Assembly (NCBI RefSeq): GCF_000021865.1
Contig: NC_014034.1
Span: 3,060,001-3,092,000, forward strand
Reading direction: 5' to 3'
DNA: 32,000 bases
From: Rhodobacter capsulatus SB 1003
Lineage (GTDB): Bacteria > Pseudomonadota > Alphaproteobacteria > Rhodobacterales > Rhodobacteraceae
The stretch's first letter is position 1, and each line of letters opens with the position of its first letter. This document shows positions 9,400 through 18,605 of the stretch, one piece after another. The notes under the pieces were generated by a model. It was not told the origin of the DNA. It saw only the letters and a list, made by a program, of their open reading frames with translations, and did not search any database. Made by a program: the position numbers and the translations under genes.

Positions 9400-10053
9400 A
9401 TGCTCGAATTCGACAATGTCAGCAAGTCCTTCTGGACCGGCAAGCGGCGCAAGGTCATCCTGGACCGGGCGTCTTTCCGCGTCGAACTGGGCAATTCGCT
9501 GGGCATTCTTGCGCCGAACGGCACCGGCAAGACGACGATCATCAACATGATGGCGGGGCTCGAAAAACCCGACGAGGGCGAGATCCGCAAGACCTGCCGG
9601 ATCTCGTTTCCGCTGGGCTTCATGGGCGGCGTCGTACCGCGTCATTCCGGCCGCGAGAACACCCGCTTCATCGCCCGCCTTTACGGGCTTGACCCCGATT
9701 ACGTCGAAGCCTTCTGCCGCTGGCTCTGCGGGCTTGAAGAATATTTCGACATGCCGGTGGGCACCTACAGCCAGGGCATGCGGGCGCGGCTGACCTTTGC
9801 CTTGCTGCTGGCGCTGGAATTCGACATCTACCTGATCGACGAGGGGATGCCCTCGACCACCGATGTCGAATTCAACCGCAAGGCCGGGGCGATCCTGCGC
9901 GACCGGCTGAGAGAAGCGACGGTGATCGTCGTCTCGCATCAGGCCAGCACGTTGGAGAAGTTCTGCCGCTCGGCGGCGGTGCTGCGCGACGGGCAGCTTT
10001 ACATGTTCGACACTCTGGAAGAAGCGAAACGGATGTATGACTACCATTCCTAA
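9400..10053 (+). CDS. kpsT: Capsular polysaccharide export ABC transporter ATP-binding protein (KpsT-like)
   Basis: Walker A GILAPNGTGKTT, signature-like YSQGMRARL, Walker B DIYLIDEG, H-loop VVSHQ. Its ~217-aa size is typical of KpsT. Start moved from 9319 to ATG 9400 (SD GGGAAG; N-terminus MLEFDNVSKSF). Confidence 0.85.
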   Translation: MLEFDNVSKSFWTGKRRKVILDRASFRVELGNSLGILAPNGTGKTTIINMMAGLEKPDEGEIRKTCRISFPLGFMGGVVPRHSGRENTRFIARLYGLDPDYVEAFCRWLCGLEEYFDMPVGTYSQGMRARLTFALLLALEFDIYLIDEGMPSTTDVEFNRKAGAILRDRLREATVIVVSHQASTLEKFCRSAAVLRDGQLYMFDTLEEAKRMYDYHS

Positions 10054-11932
10054 GGCGATCCGGTACCGCATCCGCCCCGCAACGCCGGTCCCGGCGGCCC
10101 GGCCCGGCCCCCCGGCCGATCTGACCCCGGTCGAGGATCTGCTGCGCCGCCGTGCCGAACGGCTGGGCGCTGAAACCGCCGCCGGGACCGCCGCCGAGAC
10201 CACCGCCGCATCCGAGCCGCCATCCGATCCGCCGCCGGAACCGCCCCGCGCGGCGGCACCGACGCCTTCGCAACCGCTGTCGGGCGATGGCAGCGATCTG
10301 TTCCAGCCGCAGGAAGACGGCTTTGACGCGGCGCTGTTTCCGACCGCCGCCCCCCGCGTCCCCCCCGGCGCCGCGGCACCGGGGCTGACCCCCGCCGAGA
10401 TCGCCGGCGACGCCGATATCGCCACCATCCGCGCCGAGGGGCTGACCGGGCGGCAGCTGCGGCTGGCGCGGCGGACGGCGCAGAAACACGGGATCGAGGC
10501 GTCCTCGGATTTCGAGGCGGTGCTGCTGTTGCGCCGCCGCGGCATCGACCCTTTCGACCGCAACGCGCTGATGGCGCTCGAACGTGCCGATGCGGCGACG
10601 GCGGCGCAGGCGGCGGCTGTGCCGACCCCCACTCTTGCCCGCGGCGGCTCTGCGACCACCAAGGCGCTGGCGCGGATCGACGACGCGGGCGCCGACACCC
10701 GGGTGCAGCTGCCGCAGACGATCACCCCCGCGCAGGTGCCCGCCCCGCCGCGCGGCGCCCCGGCGGTGGACGAAGGCACCCGCGCGCGCGAGATCATCAA
10801 GATCCAGCGCGACATCGCCCGGCGCAGGCGGCGGCGCATCGCGCTTTTGCTGGCGCGGCTGAGCTTTTTCGTCTTCCTGCCGACGCTGATCGCGGGCTGG
10901 TATTATTTCGTCGTCGCCACGCCGATGTATGCGACCAAGACCGAATTCGTGATCCAGAAGGCCGACAGCATGGGCGGCGGGGGTTCCGGTCTGGGCAGCC
11001 TGTTTTCGGGGACGCAGCTGGCCACGAACCAGGATTCGGTGACGGTGCAAAGCTTCCTGCAATCGCGCGATGCGATGCTGCGCCTCGAGGCGGACAAGGG
11101 GTTCAAGGAGCATTTCTCGCAGCCCGGGATCGACCCGATCCAGCGGCTCGCCCCCGACGCGACGAACGAGGCCGCCTACAAGCTTTACAAGCGCAACGTG
11201 AAGATCGGCTACGACCCCTCCGAGGGGCTGATCCGCATGGAGGTGATCGCCGCTGATCCGCAGGTCTCGAAGGCCTTTTCCGAGGCGTTGATCTCCTATG
11301 CCGAGGGGCAGGTGGACAAGCTGACCGCGCGGCTGCGCGAAGACCAGATGCGCGGCGCCCGCGAAAGCTATGAAGACGCCGAGCAGAAGGTCTTTGCCGC
11401 CCAGGGCAAGGTTCTGGAATTGCAGGAAAAGGTGGGCATTCTGGACCCGGCCGCCGAAGGCGCGGGCAAGATGAGCCAGGTCACGGGCTTCGAGACCGAG
11501 CTGCAGAAGAAACGTCTGGAACTGGGGCAGCTGCTCGACAACCCGAGCCCGTCGCCCGCGCGGGTGGCGGGGGTGCGGGGCGACATCTCGCGGCTGGAGA
11601 CGATGATCGCGGAACTGCGCCGGCAGCTGACTGAAAAGACCGGCAGCACCGAATCGCTGGCCTCGGTCACCGGCCAGCTGCGCATCGCCGAGGCCGAGCT
11701 GGAAACCCGGCAGGGGTTGCTCGCGGCGGCGGCACAGCAGATGGAAGTGGCGCGGATCGAGGCGAACAAGCAGGTGCGCTATCTGGAAATGGGGGTGCGG
11801 CCGGTGGCGCCGGACGAACCCACCTATCCGCGCGCCTTCGAAGACACGCTGCTGGCCTTCCTCGTGTTTTCGGGTATCTACCTGATGCTGTCGCTGACAG
11901 CCTCGATCCTGCGCGAACAGGTCTCGAGCTGA
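10037..11932 (+). CDS. kpsE: KpsE/Wzz-type (PCP-3-like) capsule export inner-membrane protein with a long Pro/Ala-rich N-terminal extension
   Basis: 631 aa. From about residue 268: TM helix IALLLARLSFFVFLPTLIAGWYYF, then ATPMYATKTEFVIQKAD, a long coiled-coil periplasmic region and a C-terminal TM (LLAFLVFSGIYLMLSL), the KpsE/chain-length-determinant layout. The start overlaps the kpsT 3' end by 17 nt. Confidence 0.7.
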   Translation: MTTIPKAIRYRIRPATPVPAARPGPPADLTPVEDLLRRRAERLGAETAAGTAAETTAASEPPSDPPPEPPRAAAPTPSQPLSGDGSDLFQPQEDGFDAALFPTAAPRVPPGAAAPGLTPAEIAGDADIATIRAEGLTGRQLRLARRTAQKHGIEASSDFEAVLLLRRRGIDPFDRNALMALERADAATAAQAAAVPTPTLARGGSATTKALARIDDAGADTRVQLPQTITPAQVPAPPRGAPAVDEGTRAREIIKIQRDIARRRRRRIALLLARLSFFVFLPTLIAGWYYFVVATPMYATKTEFVIQKADSMGGGGSGLGSLFSGTQLATNQDSVTVQSFLQSRDAMLRLEADKGFKEHFSQPGIDPIQRLAPDATNEAAYKLYKRNVKIGYDPSEGLIRMEVIAADPQVSKAFSEALISYAEGQVDKLTARLREDQMRGARESYEDAEQKVFAAQGKVLELQEKVGILDPAAEGAGKMSQVTGFETELQKKRLELGQLLDNPSPSPARVAGVRGDISRLETMIAELRRQLTEKTGSTESLASVTGQLRIAEAELETRQGLLAAAAQQMEVARIEANKQVRYLEMGVRPVAPDEPTYPRAFEDTLLAFLVFSGIYLMLSLTASILREQVSS

Positions 11933-11946
11933 TCCCGGAGTTTGCC

Positions 11947-12780
11947 ATGAAGAACGTGACGATCGGCCGCCTGACGGTGGCCAACGACCTGCCCCTGACG
12001 GTGATCGCGGGGCCCTGCCAGCTGGAAAGCCTGCCGCATGCGCTGATGATCGCCGAGGTGATGGCCGAGGCCTGCGCCGCGGCGGGGGCGCAATTCGTTT
12101 TCAAGGGCAGTTTCGACAAGGCGAACCGCACCAGCCTGAAGGGCAAGCGCGGGGTCGGCCTTGAGGCCGGTCTGGCGATCCTCGACACGGTGCGGGCGAA
12201 GCTGGGCTGCCCGGTCCTGACCGACATCCACGACCCGGAACAGGCGCGGATCGCGGCGCAGGTGGTCGATGTGATCCAGATCCCGGCGTTTTTGTGTCGG
12301 CAGACCGATCTTCTGATCGCGGCGGGCGAAACCGGCCGGGTGGTCAACATCAAGAAGGGGCAGTTCCTGGCGCCCTGGGACATGCCGAACGTGGCGGAAA
12401 AGGTCGCCTCGACCGGCAATGAAAAGATCCTGCTGACGGAACGCGGCACGTCCTTTGGCTACAACACGCTGGTGGCCGACATGCGCGGGCTGCCGGTGAT
12501 GGCGAAGACCGGCTATCCGGTGATCATGGATGCGACGCATTCGGTGCAGCAGCCGGGCGGGCTTGGCGGCGCCTCGGGCGGGCAGCGCGAGATGGCGCCG
12601 GTGATGGCGCGCGCGGCGGTCAGCCTTGGCATCGCCGGGGTCTTCATCGAGACGCACGAGGCCCCCGACACCGCGCCCTCGGACGGGCCGAACATGATCC
12701 CGCTTGACCAGATGCCGAAGCTGATCGCGACGCTGATGGCCTTTGACCGGCTGGCCAAGGCCGACCCGATCCGGCTGTAA
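11947..12780 (+). CDS. kdsA: 3-deoxy-8-phosphooctulonate (Kdo-8-P) synthase
   Basis: 277 aa, with LTVIAGPCQLES, FKGSFDKANRTS and ATHSVQQPGG motifs characteristic of KdsA. SD CCGGAG lies upstream; 14 nt after the kpsE stop. Confidence 0.95.
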   Translation: MKNVTIGRLTVANDLPLTVIAGPCQLESLPHALMIAEVMAEACAAAGAQFVFKGSFDKANRTSLKGKRGVGLEAGLAILDTVRAKLGCPVLTDIHDPEQARIAAQVVDVIQIPAFLCRQTDLLIAAGETGRVVNIKKGQFLAPWDMPNVAEKVASTGNEKILLTERGTSFGYNTLVADMRGLPVMAKTGYPVIMDATHSVQQPGGLGGASGGQREMAPVMARAAVSLGIAGVFIETHEAPDTAPSDGPNMIPLDQMPKLIATLMAFDRLAKADPIRL

Positions 12781-12784
12781 CAAA

Positions 12785-12801
12785 GGGGGGCGCTGCCCCC
12801 C
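12785..12801 (+). terminator. Stem-loop immediately after the kdsA stop (GGGGGGC-GCT-GCCCCCC)
   Basis: Perfect 7-bp GC stem with a 3-nt loop, 4 nt after the TAA; no U-tract. Confidence 0.45.
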
Positions 12802-12897
12802 GTCCGCAAGCGGAGGCCCCCCGGGAGATTTGCGCCAGGGTGAAAGGCAAACCGGGCCGCGATCCGGCACCCGGCCGGAACGCAACCACGGAATGAA

Positions 12898-12926
12898 ATG
12901 CGCCCCGGAACACTTCCGGGGCGCAT
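12898..12926. terminator. Strong stem-loop between convergent kdsA and lsrF; likely terminator of the lsr operon
   Basis: ATGCGCCCCGGAA-CAC-TTCCGGGGCGCAT, perfect 13-bp inverted repeat, 22 nt downstream of the lsrF stop. On the minus strand it is followed by TTCATTCC. Confidence 0.65.
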
Positions 12927-12948
12927 CGCCTTCGCCGTGAGTGACGTC

Positions 12949-13827
12949 TCAGGCGTTCTTCAACGTCAGGAAAAGCTCGTAAGCTTCCTTGGCGGTGAAG
13001 TTTTCATGCACGACCTTGGCCACCGCCTGGATCATCGCCACCGGAGCCTCCGACTGGAAGATGTTGCGGCCCATGTCGACGCCCGCCGCGCCCTGATCGA
13101 TGGCTTTATACGCCATGTCGAGCGCCTCGAGTTCCGGCAGTTTCTTGCCGCCCGCGATCACCAGCGGCACCGGGCAGCCGGCCGCGACCTTCTCGAAGCC
13201 CTCTTCGACGAAATAGGTCTTGACGTATTGCGCGCCCAGTTCGGCGGCGATCCGCGTCGCCAGACCGAAGTAGCGGGCGTCGCGGGCCATGTCCTTGCCG
13301 ACCCCGGTCACGGCCAGCGTCGGAATGCCGTAGCGGGTGCCGGTGTCGATCAGTTTCAGGACGTTGGTGATCGATTTGTGCTCGTACTCCGAGCCGATAT
13401 AGACCTGCGCCGCCATCGCGCAGACCCCGAGCCGGATCGCATCCTCGATCTCCACCGCGACGGTTTCGTTCGAAAGCTCGGTCAGGATCGAGTTCCCGCC
13501 CGAGCAGCGCAGCGCCACGGGCTTGGTATTCGTCGGCGGCACGGTCGAGCGCAAGGCGCCGCGGGTGCACATCAGCACGTCGGCATGATCGCACAGCGGC
13601 AGGATGTTCAGGTCCATCCGCTCAAGCCCGGTGGCCGGGCCCTGGAAATAGCCGTGATCGAAGGCGAGCATGACCGTGCGGCCGGTCTTCGGGTTGAAGA
13701 TCCGCGACAGGCGGTTCTTCATCCCCCAGTCGTAATGGGCCGCGCCCTTGAGGTAGAAGCCCTGCAGGTCGGCAGGCCGGTCGAGCCCGAAATCCTTGCC
13801 TTCCTTGATGTCGTCGAGATCGGCCAT
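12949..13827 (-). CDS. lsrF: 3-hydroxy-5-phosphonooxypentane-2,4-dione thiolase (AI-2 degradation)
   Basis: [16 protein letters not shown]...[32 protein letters not shown]...ADVLMCTRG...[12 protein letters not shown]...VTGVGKDM...VKTYF...[13 protein letters not shown]...[10 protein letters not shown] is almost colinear with E. coli LsrF as I remember it. Start set at ATG 13827 (SD GAAAGGA), not the track's 14064. Confidence 0.93.
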   Translation of the reverse strand: MADLDDIKEGKDFGLDRPADLQGFYLKGAAHYDWGMKNRLSRIFNPKTGRTVMLAFDHGYFQGPATGLERMDLNILPLCDHADVLMCTRGALRSTVPPTNTKPVALRCSGGNSILTELSNETVAVEIEDAIRLGVCAMAAQVYIGSEYEHKSITNVLKLIDTGTRYGIPTLAVTGVGKDMARDARYFGLATRIAAELGAQYVKTYFVEEGFEKVAAGCPVPLVIAGGKKLPELEALDMAYKAIDQGAAGVDMGRNIFQSEAPVAMIQAVAKVVHENFTAKEAYELFLTLKNA

Positions 13828-13852
13828 GAGCAGTCCTTTCGTGGTCTGGGGT

Positions 13853-13876
13853 GGGGGGCGCCCGAAAACGCCCCCC
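13853..13876 (-). other. Stem-loop in the lsrB-lsrF gap (GGGGGGCG-N8-CGCCCCCC)
   Basis: Perfect 8-bp inverted repeat with an 8-nt loop, 45 nt downstream of the lsrB stop. Confidence 0.5.
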
Positions 13877-13921
13877 GGGGAGGACCCGCCGCCCGGGAAG
13901 GGGCGACGGGCAGGATCGCCG

Positions 13922-14956
13922 TCAGAAGTCGTAATTGTCGATGTTCTCGGCGGTGAAGACGGTGCGTTCGGGTAGCAGGATGATGCCGTTGTTCTCGGCC
14001 TCGGTGGTGTAGCCCTGCACGGCGTTCGGGCTGATTTCGACGGTGCCGACGCCGGGGACGTCAAGCTTGTCGCCCTTTTGCCAGACCGCGCCCTTGACCA
14101 GCTGATCGGCGATAAAGACCGACAGCTTGCCCTGCATCACCACATCCCACAGGCCGAACTGATCGACCGTGCCCGATTTCACATATTGCCGCATCGTGTT
14201 CGGCGTCGAGAAGCCGGTGACGATCAGCTTGCCGTTCAGGCCAAGGTTTTCCGCAGCCTGTGCCGAGCCCGGCAGCGCATTCGCATCGGGGCAGATGATC
14301 GCGTCAAGATCAGGATAGGTCTGGTAAAGCGCCGTCGGCACCTGCACGGCCTTTTGCGCATCCTGGTTCGAGAACTCGGTCGCGACGATTTCCCAGCTCG
14401 GATAATCCTTGGCGATGATCGCCTTGGCGACCTCGGCCCATTGGTTCTGGTCGGTCACGGTGGGCGAGGAATAGTGGAAGGCCACTTTCTTCGGCGCCGT
14501 CGGATCTTCCATCTGATCGGCGGTCATCTTGACCAGCAGCGCGCCCAGCTGTTCCGGCGTGCCCTGGTTGATGTAGTAGCTGCGGCATTCCGGGTTCACG
14601 TCGCTGTCCCAGGTCAGCACCTTGACGCCCTTGTCCATCGCGCGTTTGAGCGATTCACACAGGCCATCGGGCGAGAGCGCCGAGATCGCGATGGCATTGT
14701 AGCCCTGGTTGACGAAGTTGTTGATGAACTCGACCTGGCCCGAGACCGAGGCCTCGCTCGGCCCGTCGTATTTCACGTCGATGCCCAGCTCCTTGCCCAT
14801 CGCCTTGGCGCCCGCGCCGCCGCTTTCGAAGAAACCGACCCCGGTCAGTTTCGGGATGAAGGCGACGCGCGCGTCATCGGCGCTGGCCGAGACCGATCCG
14901 AGGGCCGTGGTGAGCGTGGCAATCGCGAGCCCGGTCACGAAACGTCCGAAAGTCAT
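13922..14956 (-). CDS. lsrB: Periplasmic autoinducer-2 binding protein
   Basis: 344 aa with signal peptide [26 protein letters not shown]. Full-length LsrB-like sequence ([23 protein letters not shown]-terminal NIDNYDF). SD GGAGGAA lies 5 nt upstream. Confidence 0.9.
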   Translation of the reverse strand: MTFGRFVTGLAIATLTTALGSVSASADDARVAFIPKLTGVGFFESGGAGAKAMGKELGIDVKYDGPSEASVSGQVEFINNFVNQGYNAIAISALSPDGLCESLKRAMDKGVKVLTWDSDVNPECRSYYINQGTPEQLGALLVKMTADQMEDPTAPKKVAFHYSSPTVTDQNQWAEVAKAIIAKDYPSWEIVATEFSNQDAQKAVQVPTALYQTYPDLDAIICPDANALPGSAQAAENLGLNGKLIVTGFSTPNTMRQYVKSGTVDQFGLWDVVMQGKLSVFIADQLVKGAVWQKGDKLDVPGVGTVEISPNAVQGYTTEAENNGIILLPERTVFTAENIDNYDF

Positions 14957-14986
14957 GGTAGTTCCTCCGCTTGGTTATCCCTGTTT

Positions 14987-15033
14987 CCGGGTCGAGACCC
15001 GGCCTCCTTCCGACCGACGCCCGGGCGGGCGTC
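14987..15033 (-). other. Two stem-loops in the lsrD-lsrB gap
   Basis: 14987-15002: CCGGGTC-GA-GACCCGG. 15016-15033: GACGCCC-GGGC-GGGCGTC, which overlaps the lsrD stop codon. Confidence 0.45.
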
Positions 15034-16084
15034 AGCCATTCCCTCCCACGGCCGCGCGTTCGGCCTCATAGGCCGCACGGTTGGCCCGACGGGCGGCAAG
15101 CGCCCCCGTCCCGATGCGCAGCGCGACCGAGCCGATCAACAGACCGCCCACGATCACCGGCACGACATCCGAGCTGACCCCCAGCGCCAGCAGGCCCTGC
15201 CGCAGGTAGCCCAGCACCAGCCCGGCCAGGAACGTGCCCAGAACCGAGCCCTGCCCGCCGTAGATCGACGACCCGCCCAGAACCACGGCGGTGATGATGT
15301 TCAAGAGCGCCTCGGCCCCCAGATCGGACCGCGCCGAGGTGAAATAGGCGGTCAGCACCAGCCCGGCGACGGCGCAGGCAAGCCCGTTGAGCGCATAGAC
15401 CGTGACCAGCGTGCGCGTCACCGGCACGCCGGTGAAGCGGGCCACCTCGGCCGAGACGCCGATCAGCTTCAGGAAGCGGCCAAAGCGGGTGCGGTGCATC
15501 GCAAAGGTGGCGGCGGCGGCGATGACCAGCGTCAGGATCAGCGGCACCGGAACCCAGCCCAGCGCGCCGGTGCCGATCCAGGTGAAGCTTTTCGGCAGGC
15601 CGGTGATGCCTTCGTATTGATAGGCCTCGAACCCCCCGGCCCCGGCGACGGCAAAGCCCATCATGTCCAGAAGCGTCGGCAGACCCGTGGCCACCCCGGC
15701 ATAGAAGAACAGCATGGCCAGAGTGATGACGAGCGGGTTGACGTCGGTCCTGGCGATGACGGAGCCGTTGAACGCCCCTGCCCCAAGGCCGACCATCAGC
15801 GCCAGCCCCACCCCCGCCCAGATCGGCACCCCGGCGACGAAGCCAAGGCCAAGCACGATCGAGCACAGCCCCATGATCGAGACGCCGGAAATATCCATCC
15901 CGCCCGTCATGATCACCAGCGTCAGCCCGACCGCGCAGATGATCACATGCACGAAGTCAGAGGTCGAAAACAGCAGGTTCTCGATGTTCAGGAAGGCGGG
16001 GTTGATCAGACCGAGCACCACCAGTTCCAGCACCAGCGCGACGGCCAGCATGGCTTCCCAGCTTTTGAGGACAGAGCGGTTCAT
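15032..16084 (-). CDS. lsrD: AI-2 ABC transporter permease
   Basis: 350 aa, polytopic, RbsC/AraH-type permease. Start set at ATG 16084 (MNRSVLKSWEAML..), which overlaps the lsrC stop as ATGA. The N-terminal 167 aa of the track ORF overlap lsrC and are rejected. Confidence 0.88.
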   Translation of the reverse strand: MNRSVLKSWEAMLAVALVLELVVLGLINPAFLNIENLLFSTSDFVHVIICAVGLTLVIMTGGMDISGVSIMGLCSIVLGLGFVAGVPIWAGVGLALMVGLGAGAFNGSVIARTDVNPLVITLAMLFFYAGVATGLPTLLDMMGFAVAGAGGFEAYQYEGITGLPKSFTWIGTGALGWVPVPLILTLVIAAAATFAMHRTRFGRFLKLIGVSAEVARFTGVPVTRTLVTVYALNGLACAVAGLVLTAYFTSARSDLGAEALLNIITAVVLGGSSIYGGQGSVLGTFLAGLVLGYLRQGLLALGVSSDVVPVIVGGLLIGSVALRIGTGALAARRANRAAYEAERAAVGGNG

Positions 16085-17112
16085 CGGGCCATCTCCCGGC
16101 GGTTGACGGTGGGTCTTTGCGCCTCGGCATCGGCTTCGGCACGGGCCATTTCGGCGGCCCGCGCGGCCAGCTGGCGGTTGCGCACGGTGCGGCGGATCAG
16201 ATAATCGGCGACGACGACCGAAAGCAGCACCGCCCCCGCCACCGCATTGTTCCAGCTGCCCGGCACATGCAGGAAGATCATCATCGAATCGACCGCGGTC
16301 AGGAACAGCGCCCCGATCACCGCCGACCAGACCGAGCCGGTGCCGCCCATCAGGCTGACGCCGCCCAGAACCACCGCGGCAATCGCCTTGAGTTCCTGGC
16401 CGTTGCCGGTCTGCATCGGCACGAAGCCGATCTGACCGACGAAGACGATGGCGGCAGCCCCCGCAAAAAGCCCCGAAAGGGTGAAGGCGGCAAAGCGCGT
16501 CGCCTTGACATCGATGCCCAGCAGATAGGCGCCATCGGCATTGTCGCCCACCGCATGAAAGGCCCGCGCGGCGCGGATCTTCCAAAGCAGGATCGCCACG
16601 ATGATCACCAGCGCCGCCACCGCCCAGACCATCAAGGGCACGTTGAAATAGCGGGTGACGGCGAAGCTCTTGATGTTTTGCGGGATCGACTCGATCCAGC
16701 TGCCGCCGGTCAGGACCCGCATCAGCCCGCGATAGGCGCCCAGCGTGCCCAGCGTCATGATGATCGGCGGAATGCCGATGAAGACGACGCCGACCGCATT
16801 GACCGCCCCCGCCGCAGCCCCCGTGGCCAGCGCGCAGAGCATCGCCAGCGGCAGCGGCATCCCCGCATTCAGCGCAAAGCCGAAGATCACCGCGGAAAGC
16901 CCCGCGATCGCGCCCACCGAAACGTCGATGCCGCGCGTTTGCACCACGAACATCTGTCCGATGGCGATCAGCATCAGAAACAGCGAGGAGTTCGCGATGT
17001 TGATCAGGGTAAAGGGGTACAGCACCGCCTTGTTCTGCGTCGCCACCGCCAAAAGCATGGCGACGAGCAGGATCAGCACCAGAAATTCACGACTTTTCAG
17101 GATCTTGGTCAT
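16081..17112 (-). CDS. lsrC: AI-2 ABC transporter permease
   Basis: 343 aa, RbsC/AraH-type permease. The start overlaps the lsrA stop (ATGA at 17109-17112). Confidence 0.88.
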   Translation of the reverse strand: MTKILKSREFLVLILLVAMLLAVATQNKAVLYPFTLINIANSSLFLMLIAIGQMFVVQTRGIDVSVGAIAGLSAVIFGFALNAGMPLPLAMLCALATGAAAGAVNAVGVVFIGIPPIIMTLGTLGAYRGLMRVLTGGSWIESIPQNIKSFAVTRYFNVPLMVWAVAALVIIVAILLWKIRAARAFHAVGDNADGAYLLGIDVKATRFAAFTLSGLFAGAAAIVFVGQIGFVPMQTGNGQELKAIAAVVLGGVSLMGGTGSVWSAVIGALFLTAVDSMMIFLHVPGSWNNAVAGAVLLSVVVADYLIRRTVRNRQLAARAAEMARAEADAEAQRPTVNRREMAR

Positions 17113-18605
17113 TCTCTTGCGCCTCCGGCCGCGTCGAAGGTTGCAGCCGAGATCTGCTCGACCGAGGTCATGCCCTCGGGCAGGTCGATCAGACGGCCGC
17201 CCTTCATGATCAAGACCCGGTCGGCCAGCTCGGCGATCTCGCCCACTTCCGAGGAAATCACCACCACGCCGACCCCATCCGCGGTCAGCTCGCGGATGAT
17301 GCGGTAAACGTCCTGCCGCGCCCGGGCGTCGATGCCGCGCGTGGGCTCATCCAGGATCACCACCCGCGGCGCGGGGGCGAGCGTCTTCGCCAGCACGATC
17401 TTTTGCTGATTGCCGCCCGACAGCGTGCGCGCCGTCTGCATCGGCGACGACAGCTTGATCCGCAGCCGCGCGATGAAGCGCGAGGCCAGATCGGTTTCCG
17501 CCCGTGCCGACAGGAACCGTCCCCCCGGCAGCGACAGCACCCCCGCCGAAATCGTCTGCGCCGACGGCAGCGCCAGGAAGATCCCGTGCGCGTGGCGATC
17601 CTCGGGCACATAGGACAGGCCCATCTGCTGGCAGATCTGCGGCGAGCGTTTCGGCGCGGGCTGACCGGCAATCACCACTTCGCCGGTGGCCTTGGGGTCG
17701 ATGCCATAGATCGCCTCGGCAAATTCGGTGCGGCCGGAGCCGACGACGCCGGAAATCCCCAGCACCTCGCCCGGATGCACGGCAAAGGTCACGTCGCGGA
17801 AGGCCTGGCCTGACAGGCCGCGCACTTCCAGCACCGGCGCCGCATCGCCGCGCCGCGCGCTCTGGCGGCTTTTCGCGGCGGGCGGGGTGAAATCTTCGGG
17901 CAGCATCGCCTCGACCAGCATGTCGGCGGTCAGTTCCGACGCCGGACGCGAGAGCACGAAATGCCCGTCGCGCAGCACGCTGACCCGGTGCGACAGGTCC
18001 AGCACCTCGTTCAGCCGGTGGGAAATGAACAGGATGCCGATCCCCTTGGCGGTCAGATGGTCGATCTGCTTCGCAAGGCAGGCCACCTCGCGGCGCGTCA
18101 GCGAGGAGGTCGGCTCGTCCAGGATCAGCACCCGGGCCTTGCGCAGCAATCCGCGGGCGATTTCCACCAGCTGCTGGTTGGCGATCGACAGATCCCCGCC
18201 GGGCGCGGTGAAATCGACGGCAAGCCCGATATCGGCCGCCACCGTCGCCGCCCGCCGGGCGATCTCGGCCGCGTCGCCCGCAAGACCCAGCGTCAGGTTT
18301 TCCAGCACCGAAAGGTTCGGGAAGATATGCGGTTCCTGCGGCACCATGTAGATGCCGCGGGCATGCGCGTCAGAGGGTTTCGACAGGCTGACCGGGGTGC
18401 CGTTCACCTCGACCGTGCCCGCGGTGGGGCGATAGGCGCCCGAGATGATCTTGACGATGGTCGATTTGCCCGAGCCGTTGCCGCCCAGAAGCGCATGGAC
18501 CTGACCGGGCAGGATCTCGAAATCGATGCCGCGCAGCACGGTGACGCTTTCGAAGATCTTCCAGATGCCGCGCAGGGCGACCAGCGGGGTTTGCGTCTCA
18601 GCCAT
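17109..18605 (-). CDS. lsrA: AI-2 ABC transporter ATP-binding protein (duplicated ATPase)
   Basis: 498 aa from MAETQTPLVALRG. First-cassette Walker A GGNGSGKST and a second ABC cassette with LSGGNQQK. Start at ATG 18605 overlaps the upstream epimerase gene by 8 nt (ATGGCTGA). Confidence 0.9.
   Translation of the reverse strand: MAETQTPLVALRGIWKIFESVTVLRGIDFEILPGQVHALLGGNGSGKSTIVKIISGAYRPTAGTVEVNGTPVSLSKPSDAHARGIYMVPQEPHIFPNLSVLENLTLGLAGDAAEIARRAATVAADIGLAVDFTAPGGDLSIANQQLVEIARGLLRKARVLILDEPTSSLTRREVACLAKQIDHLTAKGIGILFISHRLNEVLDLSHRVSVLRDGHFVLSRPASELTADMLVEAMLPEDFTPPAAKSRQSARRGDAAPVLEVRGLSGQAFRDVTFAVHPGEVLGISGVVGSGRTEFAEAIYGIDPKATGEVVIAGQPAPKRSPQICQQMGLSYVPEDRHAHGIFLALPSAQTISAGVLSLPGGRFLSARAETDLASRFIARLRIKLSSPMQTARTLSGGNQQKIVLAKTLAPAPRVVILDEPTRGIDARARQDVYRIIRELTADGVGVVVISSEVGEIAELADRVLIMKGGRLIDLPEGMTSVEQISAATFDAAGGARE

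Noticed and set aside
8057-11113. ORFs 8057-9322 (+), 9118-10839 (-) and 9872-11113 (-)
   Set aside because: Shadow ORFs over the sseB-like, kpsT and kpsE genes. The sequences are dominated by R, A, G and P runs.
11667-14064. ORFs 11667-12449 (-), 11878-12885 (-), 12898-13956 (+), and the 5' extension of the lsrF ORF (13828-14064)
   Set aside because: They are antisense to kdsA or lsrF. The lsrF extension would overlap lsrB, and the LsrF homology begins exactly at MADLDDIK with an SD upstream.
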